Positions 47,699 through 56,435 of a stretch of 64,000 nt of DNA are shown here, in pieces. The DNA lies in assembly GCA_000447245.1 (NCBI GenBank), contig AUYT01000001.1, positions 40,825 through 104,824 of the forward strand. Direction: 5' to 3'. Within the stretch, counting starts at the first letter, position 1; each line of letters opens with the position of its first letter. The position numbers were made by a program, and so were the translations under genes. Below the pieces are notes generated by a model. It did no database searches, was not told where the DNA came from, and was given only the letters and a program-made list of their open reading frames with translations. This stretch comes from a candidate division Zixibacteria bacterium RBG-1. GTDB lineage: Bacteria; Zixibacteria; MSB-5A5; DSPP01; RBG-1.

Positions 47699-48730
47699 CT
47701 ATCTGCGACTTACCCAAATGTCAGTACCTCCAATGCTACCCGGTCTGCCACCCGAAGCAAAATAAAGGCTTAAACCATCATAAGTCATGCTAGGAGAAAG
47801 GCAACGGAAGGAATCATTCACGGGAGAAGGTACAGTATCGGCTACACTCCAGTCCCCACTCTCAAAATAAGAAGCATATATCTGGGGACCATAGAAATTC
47901 CATCTTATGAAGTGCAGCATTTTCCCGTCTGCAGAAATATTAGGGTCATCTTCTGTGAAATTGGCGTTAACTCCTGGCCCCAAAGGGACTGAGGTGCCCC
48001 ACCCAGACCCATTCCATGTGCTAACTCTAATACCGAAGACAGAATTAAAATAAAGTTTGTTATTATCAGCAGTAAGTGAGGGAGATCCCTCGTCGTATGC
48101 AGTATTGATATTAGCACCTAAGTTTATGGGTTCTCCCCATTCGCCCAAAGAACTGTCCCAAACAGACATCCAAATATCGTCTCCTCCTAATCCTGTGAGT
48201 CTTTCTGACTCAAAAAATAGTCTTTTTCCATCAGCTGTGACGAAGGGTTTCGCTTCATAATAAGCACTGTTAACCTTTCCAGGTATTCTGACCGGCACAC
48301 TCCAAGATAAACCATCCCACACTGAATAGTAAATGTCGTCAGATCCTAATGTCCCTAGGCTAGCAAAATAAAGAGTATTACCATCTGGTGATATACAAGG
48401 CGTTACTTCAGCACCCGCAGTATTCACCGGCGGTCCTAAATTCTGCGGCTCTCCCCAGAGAGGACAACCATCTGGAACAGGTCCCCCTTTAAAAACATAA
48501 TTCACCAGATAAATCAAATCAGTCAGATTGGTCTGGCAGTTGGCATTCACATCCCCGGAAAAGCGAATAGCAGGCGAAGGTCCCCCCTTAAAGATATAAT
48601 TCACCAGATAAACAATATCGCCCAAGTTTACTTTGGAATCGTTATTCACATCACCGGGAATTAAAGCATAAGCAGATGAGAGATAGAGAAAAAGATAAAA
48701 TACCAAAAGTAAAGATAATGTCTTAAACAT
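47699..48730 (-). CDS. Secreted TolB-like (PD40) beta-propeller protein with an N-terminal double dockerin-like module
   Basis: Signal peptide, then GDVNNDSKVNLGDIVYLVNYIFKGGPSPAIRFSGDVNANCQTNLTDLIYLVNYVFKGGPVPDGCP. Then repeated P.N....E..P.IS.DG..LYF units. Confidence 0.8.
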   Translation of the reverse strand: MFKTLSLLLVFYLFLYLSSAYALIPGDVNNDSKVNLGDIVYLVNYIFKGGPSPAIRFSGDVNANCQTNLTDLIYLVNYVFKGGPVPDGCPLWGEPQNLGPPVNTAGAEVTPCISPDGNTLYFASLGTLGSDDIYYSVWDGLSWSVPVRIPGKVNSAYYEAKPFVTADGKRLFFESERLTGLGGDDIWMSVWDSSLGEWGEPINLGANINTAYDEGSPSLTADNNKLYFNSVFGIRVSTWNGSGWGTSVPLGPGVNANFTEDDPNISADGKMLHFIRWNFYGPQIYASYFESGDWSVADTVPSPVNDSFRCLSPSMTYDGLSLYFASGGRPGSIGGTDIWVSRR

Positions 48731-48769
48731 CTTTTAAGCCCCTATTTAGAACTATAAAATTAAGAGTAT

Positions 48770-49840
48770 TTAATTCTTAATCTTTCCGCCTACTACTTCA
48801 ATCTTCGGCTTTTCCGAACCAAAAACCTCCCCTATGATTTTAGCTTCTTTAACCCCCTGCTGGTGTAAAGCGTTAAGCAAACTTTCAGCTCTTTCTTTGG
48901 AAATAGAAATGAAAAGCCCTCCGGAAGTCTGCGGGTCAAAGAAAAGCTCCTGCATCACAGGAGAAATTCCCTCTTCAAATTCAATATTATCCCCAACCGC
49001 CTGCTGATTCGATTCGGTCATACCCATCCTGACCCCTTTGGCAATCATATCCAAACTTTCCGGGTAGTGGGGAATTTCATTGGCATACAATCTGATTCCA
49101 ACTTTACTTGCTCGAGCCACTTCCCAGGCATGTTCCGCCAAGCCGAATCCGCTGATATCTGTGGCAGCTGAAGCGTTATATTCCACCATTAAGCGGCTGG
49201 CTACCTCATTTAAGCGGGCCATGTTAAGACACACTTTTCTCACAATTTCATCCGATATCAATCCTAATTTCTTCCCGTGAACTATCACGCCGGTCCCGAT
49301 TAACTTGGTTAGAACTAGGATATCTCCGGCTTGCGCCGTAGAATTTCTTTTGATTTCGCTGGTTTTAGCAATTCCGGTAACTGCTAAACCATATTTTAAT
49401 TCATCATCTTTGACAGTGTGCCCTCCCAATAAAACTGCTCCGGCTTGGTTGAGAGTTTCCAAGCCCCCTCTTAGGATTTCCGCCAAGAACTGCTTATCAA
49501 TTCCTCGTGAGGGAAAACAGCATAAATTTAAAGCGGTCAGGGGACGACCACCCATGGCGTAGATGTCGGACAGCGAATTGGCTGCTGCTACTTTGCCGAA
49601 TAGAAACGGGTCATCAATAACCGGGGTAATAAAATCAGCGGTCTGGACTAAATTCAGGTCGTCTGTGAGGCGGAATACTCCCCCGTCGTCGGAGGTCTCA
49701 AATCCGACTACCACATTTTCATTGGGCATCTGGGTTATATCTTTGACGATTTCAGCTAAGTCCACCGGACTTAATTTTCCGGCTCAGCCACCGGACTTAG
49801 CAAAACCAGTCAACTTGCAAGTTTTACTTTTCTCCATCAT
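48770..49840 (-). CDS. selD: Selenide, water dikinase (selenophosphate synthetase) with in-frame UGA (selenocysteine) at codon 19
   Basis: The track ORF (from 49765) lacks the SelD N-terminus. Extending upstream in frame gives MMEKSKTCKLTGFAKSGG-TGA-AGKLSPVDLAEIV, which matches the conserved G(U/C)G.KLSP active-site loop. The TGA is at 49784-49786. The AIR-synthase-like body is intact. Confidence 0.88.
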
Positions 49841-50043
49841 ATCTATTAGTTTGCCACTTGCGTGGGGAAATCCCCACGGTGGATAAAAAGCATACGAAAA
49901 TATATCAAAAACATTAAATTTATCAAGCGCTTTGGGCAACCCGGCCAGGCGGGAAATCCCTTTTTGAAGGTTGGCTTAGTTCCCCCAGGTTCAGGGCTTA
50001 AATCTTAAAACCCAGGGAAAATTAATTTTTATGGTGACGGGAC

Positions 50044-50072
50044 TTGACATTTGGGATTTAAGTTCGTAAATT
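50044..50072 (+). promoter_or_regulatory. Sigma70-like promoter (TTGACA-17-TAAATT), 7 nt upstream of the ATG at 50080
   Basis: ttgaca at 50044-50049, a 17-nt spacer, taaatt at 50067-50072. No RBS between the -10 element and the ATG, so the transcript may be leaderless. Confidence 0.3.
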
Positions 50073-50079
50073 AGAATTT

Positions 50080-52455
50080 ATGCCGTTGGGAGTTAAGATT
50101 ACCAGTTGCGGATTTTTTTTATTTTTAGGGTTGAGTTTATCCTCAATACTTTTGGCTTTTGAACCAATTTTTGATACCTGGTTAAGCTACGAAGTAAGTG
50201 ATAATCCACAAGCGGTCTATGCCTCAGATGTTGACGGTGATGGAGACAGCGACCTGATAGTGGTCAGCTATAACCTTAATGCAGTTTCCATCTTAAAAAA
50301 CAACGGAGACGGCACTTTTTCCGGCAACCAGAATTATGGCACGGGGAATGGTCCGGTTGCGGTTGCCGTGGGAGACCTGGACGGAGACACCGACCCAGAT
50401 TTAGCAGTAACCAATTCGGCTTTTTTGGTTAATACCGTTTCGGTTTTAAAAAACAATGGGAATGGCACTTTCGCCCTCAAAGTTGATTACAAAACCGGAA
50501 GCTCTCCCTACGGGGTGGTCACGGCTGACTTAGACAGAGATAACGACTTAGATTTAGCTGTGGTTAACGGAGTGGACAGCAGTGTTTCAATTTTAAAGAA
50601 CAACGGAGATGGAACTTTTGCCGCTAAAGTTGATTATAGAGCAGGCAATAATCCCCGGGGAATTTTTGCGGCTGACGTCAATGGAGATACCGCTTTGGAT
50701 TTGGTGGTTGCCAATTTCGGCAGTTCCAACGTCTCGGTGTTGAGAAATAATGGGAACAGTACTTTTGCACCCAGAGTGGATTATCCGGTAAAATTAGATG
50801 ATGGTCCCTTTTCTGTCTTTGTCCAAGATTTGGATAATGACTTTTTCCTTGATATAATCACCAGTAATTTTTATGGCAGCAATGTCTCGGTTCTGCGAAA
50901 TAACGGAGACGGCACCTTCGCTCCCCGAGTCAACTACACCACCGGCAACAATCCTTTCTCAGTCTATGTTAAGGACTTAGATGCAGATGGTTATGCGGAT
51001 ATCGTCTCTGCCAATCGTTCGGGTCACAGTATTTCTGTTCTAAAAAACAACGGGAACGGCACTTTCGCTCCTAAAGCTGACTACCCTTCTGGCAACCTTC
51101 CCCTCTCGGTTTTTGTCTCTGATTTGGACTCTGATTTTGATCCCGATATCATAGCCGCCAATTCGGGAAGTAATTCGGTTTCGTTGTATCGCAACAACGG
51201 TCAAGGAAGGTTTTCCACGGTCACCGATTATGTAACCAGCGTAACCCCCCGCTCGGTTTTTGTTTTCGACGTGGATTTAGACCAGGATAAAGATTTGGCT
51301 ATTGCCAATGCCGGCAGTCACACCGTTTCGATATTCAAGAATAGTGGAAATGGAACTTTTCCAATTAAAGTAGAGTACGGCACCGGTATAGCTCCGGTGG
51401 CGGTGGCCGCCGCTGATTTGGATGGTGACGAAGACCAGGACCTGGCCATAGCCAATTCCGGCAATAATACTGTTACTATTTACAGAAACGATGGCCTGGG
51501 AGGTTACCAAGGAATTGAATCTCGAGACGATTATCCTACCGGTAAGTATCCTTACTCGCTTGCCATAAACAATTTCGACCGGGACGTGGATTTGGATATT
51601 CTGGTGGCTAATGGCGATGATAGTACTCTTTCCCTTTTAAGAAATCTGGATACGGCCATTTTCGAAGCGGAAGAATTTATTAACACCGGCCCCAATCCCC
51701 GCTCGGTTATTATGGCGGACCTGGACAAAGACGGATATCAGGATATTGCTGTGGCTAATTCGGGGAACGACACTTTAGTCACTTTTGTCAAGGCCTACCG
51801 TTTTGAATATACCACAGGTAATAGCCCCAGCTCTGTATTCGCGGCCGACTTGAATGGGGATGGTTTTTTGGATTTAGCGGTTTCCAATTATCTTGACCAT
51901 ACGGTTTCGGTTTTTATTAACAAAGGGGATAGCACTTTTTATCCCCGGACGGATTTTAGAACCGCCAAAAACCCCAATGCCATTGTAGCCGCAGATTTTG
52001 ACCGGGATGGAGATAATGATTTGGCGGTTTCCGGTTGGAATGCTAACGCGGTAACTTTATTGAGGAATAACGGAAGCGGTTTCTTTTCAGTCAGAGTGGA
52101 TTATGGGGTGGGCACCGGACCGACCTCCTTGGCCGCCACCGACTTAGATTTTCCAGCCGACGGAGTCCCGGAGCTTCTGGTTACCAATTCCGCCGGTAAT
52201 ACTCTTTCGATTTTGAAGAATATAGCGCCACCTTGTGCAGGTAAAATCGCGGACCTAAACGGTGATAATCGAATTCTGCTTTCGGACATCGTGTTTTTGA
52301 TCAATATTGTTTTTCGCGCTGAACTCCCCCCCAGTCCATTCTGTCGGGTAGATGTAGACGGAAACGGCTCTATCAATGTCTCAGATATTATCCGCTTGGT
52401 CAACTATCTTTTCAAAAGTGGCGAACTGGTTTTGACTGACGTTTGCTGCTTCTAA
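50080..52455 (+). CDS. Large secreted FG-GAP/VCBS-repeat protein with a C-terminal double dockerin-like module
   Basis: Signal peptide. About 11-12 repeats (e.g. DVDGDGDSDLIVVSYNLNAVSILKNNGDGTF). C-terminus ADLNGDNRILLSDIVFLINIVFRAELPPSPFCRVDVDGNGSINVSDIIRLVNYLFKSGELVLTDVCCF. Confidence 0.85.
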   Translation: MPLGVKITSCGFFLFLGLSLSSILLAFEPIFDTWLSYEVSDNPQAVYASDVDGDGDSDLIVVSYNLNAVSILKNNGDGTFSGNQNYGTGNGPVAVAVGDLDGDTDPDLAVTNSAFLVNTVSVLKNNGNGTFALKVDYKTGSSPYGVVTADLDRDNDLDLAVVNGVDSSVSILKNNGDGTFAAKVDYRAGNNPRGIFAADVNGDTALDLVVANFGSSNVSVLRNNGNSTFAPRVDYPVKLDDGPFSVFVQDLDNDFFLDIITSNFYGSNVSVLRNNGDGTFAPRVNYTTGNNPFSVYVKDLDADGYADIVSANRSGHSISVLKNNGNGTFAPKADYPSGNLPLSVFVSDLDSDFDPDIIAANSGSNSVSLYRNNGQGRFSTVTDYVTSVTPRSVFVFDVDLDQDKDLAIANAGSHTVSIFKNSGNGTFPIKVEYGTGIAPVAVAAADLDGDEDQDLAIANSGNNTVTIYRNDGLGGYQGIESRDDYPTGKYPYSLAINNFDRDVDLDILVANGDDSTLSLLRNLDTAIFEAEEFINTGPNPRSVIMADLDKDGYQDIAVANSGNDTLVTFVKAYRFEYTTGNSPSSVFAADLNGDGFLDLAVSNYLDHTVSVFINKGDSTFYPRTDFRTAKNPNAIVAADFDRDGDNDLAVSGWNANAVTLLRNNGSGFFSVRVDYGVGTGPTSLAATDLDFPADGVPELLVTNSAGNTLSILKNIAPPCAGKIADLNGDNRILLSDIVFLINIVFRAELPPSPFCRVDVDGNGSINVSDIIRLVNYLFKSGELVLTDVCCF

Positions 52456-52488
52456 GTAATCTTGAGTTTTGGCCTCCAGTGGCTTAAC

Positions 52489-52893
52489 TTAGCTTTTCTT
52501 GAATTTTTTCTCAATATAAATTCTCCAGGGATTCCAATAATGTTTGCGCCAGCCTCGATTGATGGCTTTATAGACTTTATCCGGGAGATTGGCGTGGACC
52601 AAGTGAATCTGTCCCCCGCCTTTGACTTTGCTGAAATTCAAAATTAGGATGGAATCTAAATCGGTTTTTTCCCAATCATGTTCTCTCCAGGCCTGAACTA
52701 TCATTTTTTGGGGGACAATAGCTAAGTTCTTACCGGATAGATAAGGAGGAACGCTGAAATTGGCACCGACTTTTCTGCTTGCGTAAGTTTTATGGCCGCA
52801 GGCAGCTGAATGTTTTTTTGCATTTATATAAATTTCAAATAATTCCTCCGGTGCTATATTAAATCTTACCTTCTGCTCGATGGTCTTAGGCAT
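52489..52893 (-). CDS. SRPBCC-superfamily protein (AHSA1/Aha1-like domain)
   Basis: 134 aa, pattern ...PEELFEIY....H.......VGANFS...G..L.....IVQAWR...W....DS.L.L.F....GG.I.L.H..LP......I..GW..HYW.PW. AAGGAG RBS. Confidence 0.7.
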   Translation of the reverse strand: MPKTIEQKVRFNIAPEELFEIYINAKKHSAACGHKTYASRKVGANFSVPPYLSGKNLAIVPQKMIVQAWREHDWEKTDLDSILILNFSKVKGGGQIHLVHANLPDKVYKAINRGWRKHYWNPWRIYIEKKFKKS

Positions 52894-52961
52894 AATTTCT
52901 CCTTTTGGCTATCTGATTTTATTTTTGGTCTTAAGCAATCGGAAAGAAATTTACTCGGGAT

Positions 52962-53987
52962 TTACGTTTTGTGAGCCAATTTTTCTTCTTCCTTCTGCTC
53001 CATCACGTTGGTGGAATAACCCGGGAAAACTCTTAATTCCGGATAGATGGAGTGAGCCGCGTAGTTGACAGCCACGGCCGCATCCGAAAAACCGGTGCAG
53101 ATTAGGCGTAATTTACCCTCATAAGTAGCTACGTCGCCGGCCGCGTAGACTCCGCTTAAGTTAGTTTCCATTCTGGGATTTACTTTGATGGTTGAGCCGG
53201 CCAGTTCCAATCCCCATTCTTTGATGGGACCTAAGTTGGGAGTGTAACCGATGCAACATAAAATAGTATCCACATCCAAAGTTTTTTCTTGATTTACGGA
53301 TTTATCCACGATTATGGCACCCTGGATATGGTCATTTCCCAAAATCTCTTTTAATTCGGTGTGGGTGTGAACTTCTATATTTGAATTCATCAGCTGTCGC
53401 ACACTGGAGGCGGCGGCTAAAAATTTATTGGAGCGGTGGATTAAGTAAATTCCTTTAGCCATATCTTTCAAATGCAAAGCCCAGTCTAAAGCCGTATCTC
53501 CTCCCCCAATCACTAAAAGCTTTTTGCCCCGGAAAAATTCGGTATCCTTGACCATATAATAAAGACCGCGATTTTCAAATTTTTTTGCCGACTCTGGCTC
53601 TAATTTTCGGGGAGTAAAAACCCCGGCGCCGGCGGTCAAGATCACTTTTTTGCTGAAATGCTCTGCTTTATCCGTGGTTAATTTGATAGCCCGGTCTTCC
53701 AGATAAAAAATCTGCTGCACTTTTTCCTCCAGGCAGATTTTAGGATTATACTGCTGGGCCTGTTTATGCAAGTTAAGAGCTAAGTCGGTGGCTAAGATTT
53801 TGGGAAAGCCGGCCACATCGTAAACAAATTTTTGGGGATAGAGAGTGGTCAGCTGACCTCCTATTTGGGGCAGGCAATCGATTATTTTGCAGTTTAAATC
53901 TCTGAAGCCGGCGTAGTAAGCGGCAAAAAGTCCCACCGGTCCGGCTCCGATTACGGTTATATCGTAAGTCTTTTGGTCTGTATTCAT
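52962..53987 (-). CDS. Thioredoxin-reductase-like ferredoxin--NADP+ reductase (YumC type)
   Basis: YDITVIGAGPVGLFAAYYAGFRDL...IGGQLTTLYPQKFVYDVAGFP, LLVIGGGDTALDWA, VYAAGDVATY. ATGA overlap with the ferredoxin gene. Confidence 0.85.
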   Translation of the reverse strand: MNTDQKTYDITVIGAGPVGLFAAYYAGFRDLNCKIIDCLPQIGGQLTTLYPQKFVYDVAGFPKILATDLALNLHKQAQQYNPKICLEEKVQQIFYLEDRAIKLTTDKAEHFSKKVILTAGAGVFTPRKLEPESAKKFENRGLYYMVKDTEFFRGKKLLVIGGGDTALDWALHLKDMAKGIYLIHRSNKFLAAASSVRQLMNSNIEVHTHTELKEILGNDHIQGAIIVDKSVNQEKTLDVDTILCCIGYTPNLGPIKEWGLELAGSTIKVNPRMETNLSGVYAAGDVATYEGKLRLICTGFSDAAVAVNYAAHSIYPELRVFPGYSTNVMEQKEEEKLAHKT

Positions 53988-54415
53988 TCGGTTTTGCCTT
54001 CGGTTTGAGATGGCTGGCTGGCCGGGTTGGACCGGGACAAATTCAGGGCCTTCTCTTTTTCTTTGATCAAGGCTTCGATTTTGGTTACATCTTCATTTAA
54101 TAAACTGCTCCGGTAAGGCGGGATTTCGACTATTATATCTCCGTAAATTTTACTCTGACAACCTAAGCGGGAAGTAGGGGCCAGCCCTTCGGCTTCCTCT
54201 AATTCATCCTGCTCCTCTTCGGTTTTCCGGGAGAGTTTTTCCATGCCATCCTTGACTATAACATGACAGGTGGAGCAGGCGCAGTTTCCTCCGCAGTTAT
54301 GCTCCAGGCGGATATCATTATCCATAGCCACATCCAAAAGCGACTGACCTTCTTCGGCTTCCACAGTTTTATTGACCGGCAAAAAAGTCACCTTAGGCAT
54401 AAGCTCATCGACCAT
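53984..54415 (-). CDS. fdx: [2Fe-2S] ferredoxin (adrenodoxin/ISC Fdx type) with a C-terminal extension
   Basis: NCGGNCACSTCHV ... TSRLGCQ cluster ligands. Confidence 0.85.
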   Translation of the reverse strand: MVDELMPKVTFLPVNKTVEAEEGQSLLDVAMDNDIRLEHNCGGNCACSTCHVIVKDGMEKLSRKTEEEQDELEEAEGLAPTSRLGCQSKIYGDIIVEIPPYRSSLLNEDVTKIEALIKEKEKALNLSRSNPASQPSQTEGKTE

Positions 54416-54662
54416 TTTTTTTGCTCTGAAAAACCAAAAATGGATTTTTGACTTCTCCGTAATTGATGGAGGAGGCGTACTGAGATAATTTAGCGGTTAC
54501 CATCATATAAGCCCAGGTTGGAATGGGGACCGGTCCGCAGCCCTGAACCAAGACCCGTTTACCTTTATACTGTTCCCAATTAAAATTTTCGACTGCCTGG
54601 CGGAAGGGCTCTTCCTGAATTATTTGACCATTAACCAAACTGGTAATATCGATGACTTTCAT
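54405..54662 (-). CDS. DUF2480-like small protein (single repeat)
   Basis: VLVQGCGPVPIPTWAYMMVTAKLSQYASSINYGEVKNPFLVFQ resembles, from memory, the repeat unit of DUF2480 proteins found next to Fe-S assembly genes. Confidence 0.4.
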   Translation of the reverse strand: MKVIDITSLVNGQIIQEEPFRQAVENFNWEQYKGKRVLVQGCGPVPIPTWAYMMVTAKLSQYASSINYGEVKNPFLVFQSKKNGR

Positions 54663-54704
54663 TTATGTCGAGTTTAAGCGAGACATTTAGCTGATTAAAA
54701 AATT

Positions 54705-54756
54705 TATGGTCAAACATAGTCAAGAATTATAGTATGTTTGACCATTCTTGACTAGG
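54705..54756. promoter_or_regulatory. Operator-like array of GTCAA/TTGAC half-sites upstream of the DUF2480-fdx-FNR unit
   Basis: TATGGTCAAACATAGTCAAGAATTATAGTATGTTTGACCATTCTTGACTAGG contains two interleaved 11-bp inverted repeats. It shares two modules with the array at 55148-55220. Confidence 0.4.
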
Positions 54757-54775
54757 GTAGATTGGCTCACCGAGT

Positions 54776-55099
54776 CTAAGCCGAAAAGGAATGCCCGCAA
54801 CCGCAGCTTTTCTTAGCATTGGGATTGACAAATTTAAATCCCCCTCCTAAAAGGTCGCCGGTGTAATCCAATGTGGTTCCCATCAGGTATAGAAGAGAGC
54901 GGATGTCGACTGCGACTTTCACTCCGTCAAAGTCATAGACTTTGTCCTGCTCGGTGATTTTTTCATCGAAGCTCATCAGGTAGTTCAAACCGGAGCAGCC
55001 CCCGGCTTCCACCCCTACCCTCAGATACATATTTTGAGCGTTCTGTTTTTCAATCAGACGCTTGGCTTCTTTTATGGCTCTTTCACTTAGAGTTATCAT
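54776..55099 (-). CDS. Iron-sulfur cluster insertion/assembly protein, HesB/IscA/SufA/ErpA family
   Basis: MITLSERAIKEAKRL..., GGCSGL and C-terminal CGCGHSF. Start at the ATG at 55099 with an AAGGA RBS. Confidence 0.9.
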   Translation of the reverse strand: MITLSERAIKEAKRLIEKQNAQNMYLRVGVEAGGCSGLNYLMSFDEKITEQDKVYDFDGVKVAVDIRSLLYLMGTTLDYTGDLLGGGFKFVNPNAKKSCGCGHSFSA

Positions 55100-55147
55100 A
55101 ATTCCTTGCTCCAATATAAATATACGGATGGTTTGGCCATCTATTTA

Positions 55148-55220
55148 ATGGTCAACTAAATGTTGACCTATTGACCATTCTTGACTATGGTCAACCATAG
55201 TATCATATTTGACTATCGAC
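55148..55220. promoter_or_regulatory. Operator-like array of GTCAA/TTGAC half-sites upstream of the IscA-family gene
   Basis: GGTCAAC-TAAAT-GTTGACC palindrome (55150-55168), then TTGACCATTCTTGACTA (55171-55187) and TATGGTCAACCATAGT (55187-55202). Confidence 0.4.
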
Positions 55221-55519
55221 TTTAAAGTAATAAAAAAATGCTATTTGTCAAGAGGGTTATATGTACTTGCAGAAGCAAGTCTAAGAACACTGCCTAAAAG
55301 CTCTTGAATACACTTAAAAATTTGTAATCTACTGCAGATTGTATGAAGCATCTTGCACAAGCTTTGTTCAGAAATTGTGCTGGTAAATTTGAGTGAATTT
55401 TTCTAGTCATTTCTATCTTGTTTAAATTGAACATCTTACTTGGGGCTTAAAATCAGGGCCTGATACTTTCTGGTCAATTTTATTACAAGGCACTCTTTTT
55501 GCTCAAAGGGAGTGTGGTT

Positions 55520-56158
55520 ATGGGTGCAGAAAAACTTATCAACGGCTTCAAAAGAGGCTTCCCTCCCCAGTGGCTGGAAAGGCAGTCGGAGCCCAAAATC
55601 GGGAAAGATGAAAAAGGGTATTTCATCTATACCATCAGTGAAAATACCAAAGTTTACTTCGAAGAATATTATCAGTTTTTAGAAAAAATAGAGCAAAAGT
55701 GCCAGCTTGACCTGTCCAGCTTAGAGGGAAAATTGAGCCAGACTCCTCCGACCCGGTCTGAGAGTCTGGCCTATTACCGGGCCCGCAAGATTATCCTAGA
55801 CTTACTTCTGAAAAATATCTTCTCCTTTTATTCTGACTCCAGCAATTTAGGGGTGATTATGACCCCCTGGTGTTTCGGGACTGTCATGTTAGAAAAAGTG
55901 GAAATCTACAAAGACCGGATTGCCCGGGGAGAAGCCAACGACCCCGACGTGGGGGATTTCCCCTTTTATGTGTTAGGGTACATTGATGAAATTTACAAAA
56001 ATACCCTGCTGGAGCTTTTTGAGTTTCCGGAAAAAGCATTTTCGGTCAGATGGCAGTACACCGAGCTTCTGAAAAGATATTCCAAGGTTCTATCCAACGT
56101 AACCGCTTCTTTGCAGAGCATCTTATTCTTAGCTAAAAATCAAAACCAGGAAACCTAA
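55520..56158 (+). CDS. Hypothetical protein
   Basis: Uninterrupted ORF. ATG at 55520 with a GGGAG RBS. No family recognised. Confidence 0.55.
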   Translation: MGAEKLINGFKRGFPPQWLERQSEPKIGKDEKGYFIYTISENTKVYFEEYYQFLEKIEQKCQLDLSSLEGKLSQTPPTRSESLAYYRARKIILDLLLKNIFSFYSDSSNLGVIMTPWCFGTVMLEKVEIYKDRIARGEANDPDVGDFPFYVLGYIDEIYKNTLLELFEFPEKAFSVRWQYTELLKRYSKVLSNVTASLQSILFLAKNQNQET

Positions 56159-56159
56159 T

Positions 56160-56435
56160 GTGCATGACTATAATCTGGTGAACTGGAGTTTTACCTTTGA
56201 CCCCATTTACTGGGATGCCATTCATTTTTTGGGCTCTTATTTTCTGGTTTCAGTTTTGCATTATGGCCTGGGACTTTCCCTGGAAGATGCCTGTGTGGTA
56301 GCATTTACTCTGGGACTGGCCTGGGAAGTCAAAGATGTCTGGAAAGATGACGGTTTCGGAGTGAAGGATTTGAGTCTGGATGGAGCAGCTATTGGACTGT
56401 ACTGGAAGATCCATCTGGGCAAGAAAAAGCACTGA
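56160..56435 (+). CDS. Hypothetical small membrane protein
   Basis: GTG start abutting the upstream stop (TAATGTG). Two or three hydrophobic segments (FLGSYFLVSVLHYGLGL, VVAFTLGLAW). Confidence 0.45.
   Translation: MHDYNLVNWSFTFDPIYWDAIHFLGSYFLVSVLHYGLGLSLEDACVVAFTLGLAWEVKDVWKDDGFGVKDLSLDGAAIGLYWKIHLGKKKH

Noticed and set aside
54405-54415. A8 run at the DUF2480-like/ferredoxin junction as a frameshift that split a fusion protein
   Set aside because: Both ORFs have intact plausible ends (the DUF2480-like tail ...YGEVKNPFLVFQSKK matches the family C-terminus as I remember it). An 11-nt start/stop overlap is normal for this genome, so there is no need to invoke an error.
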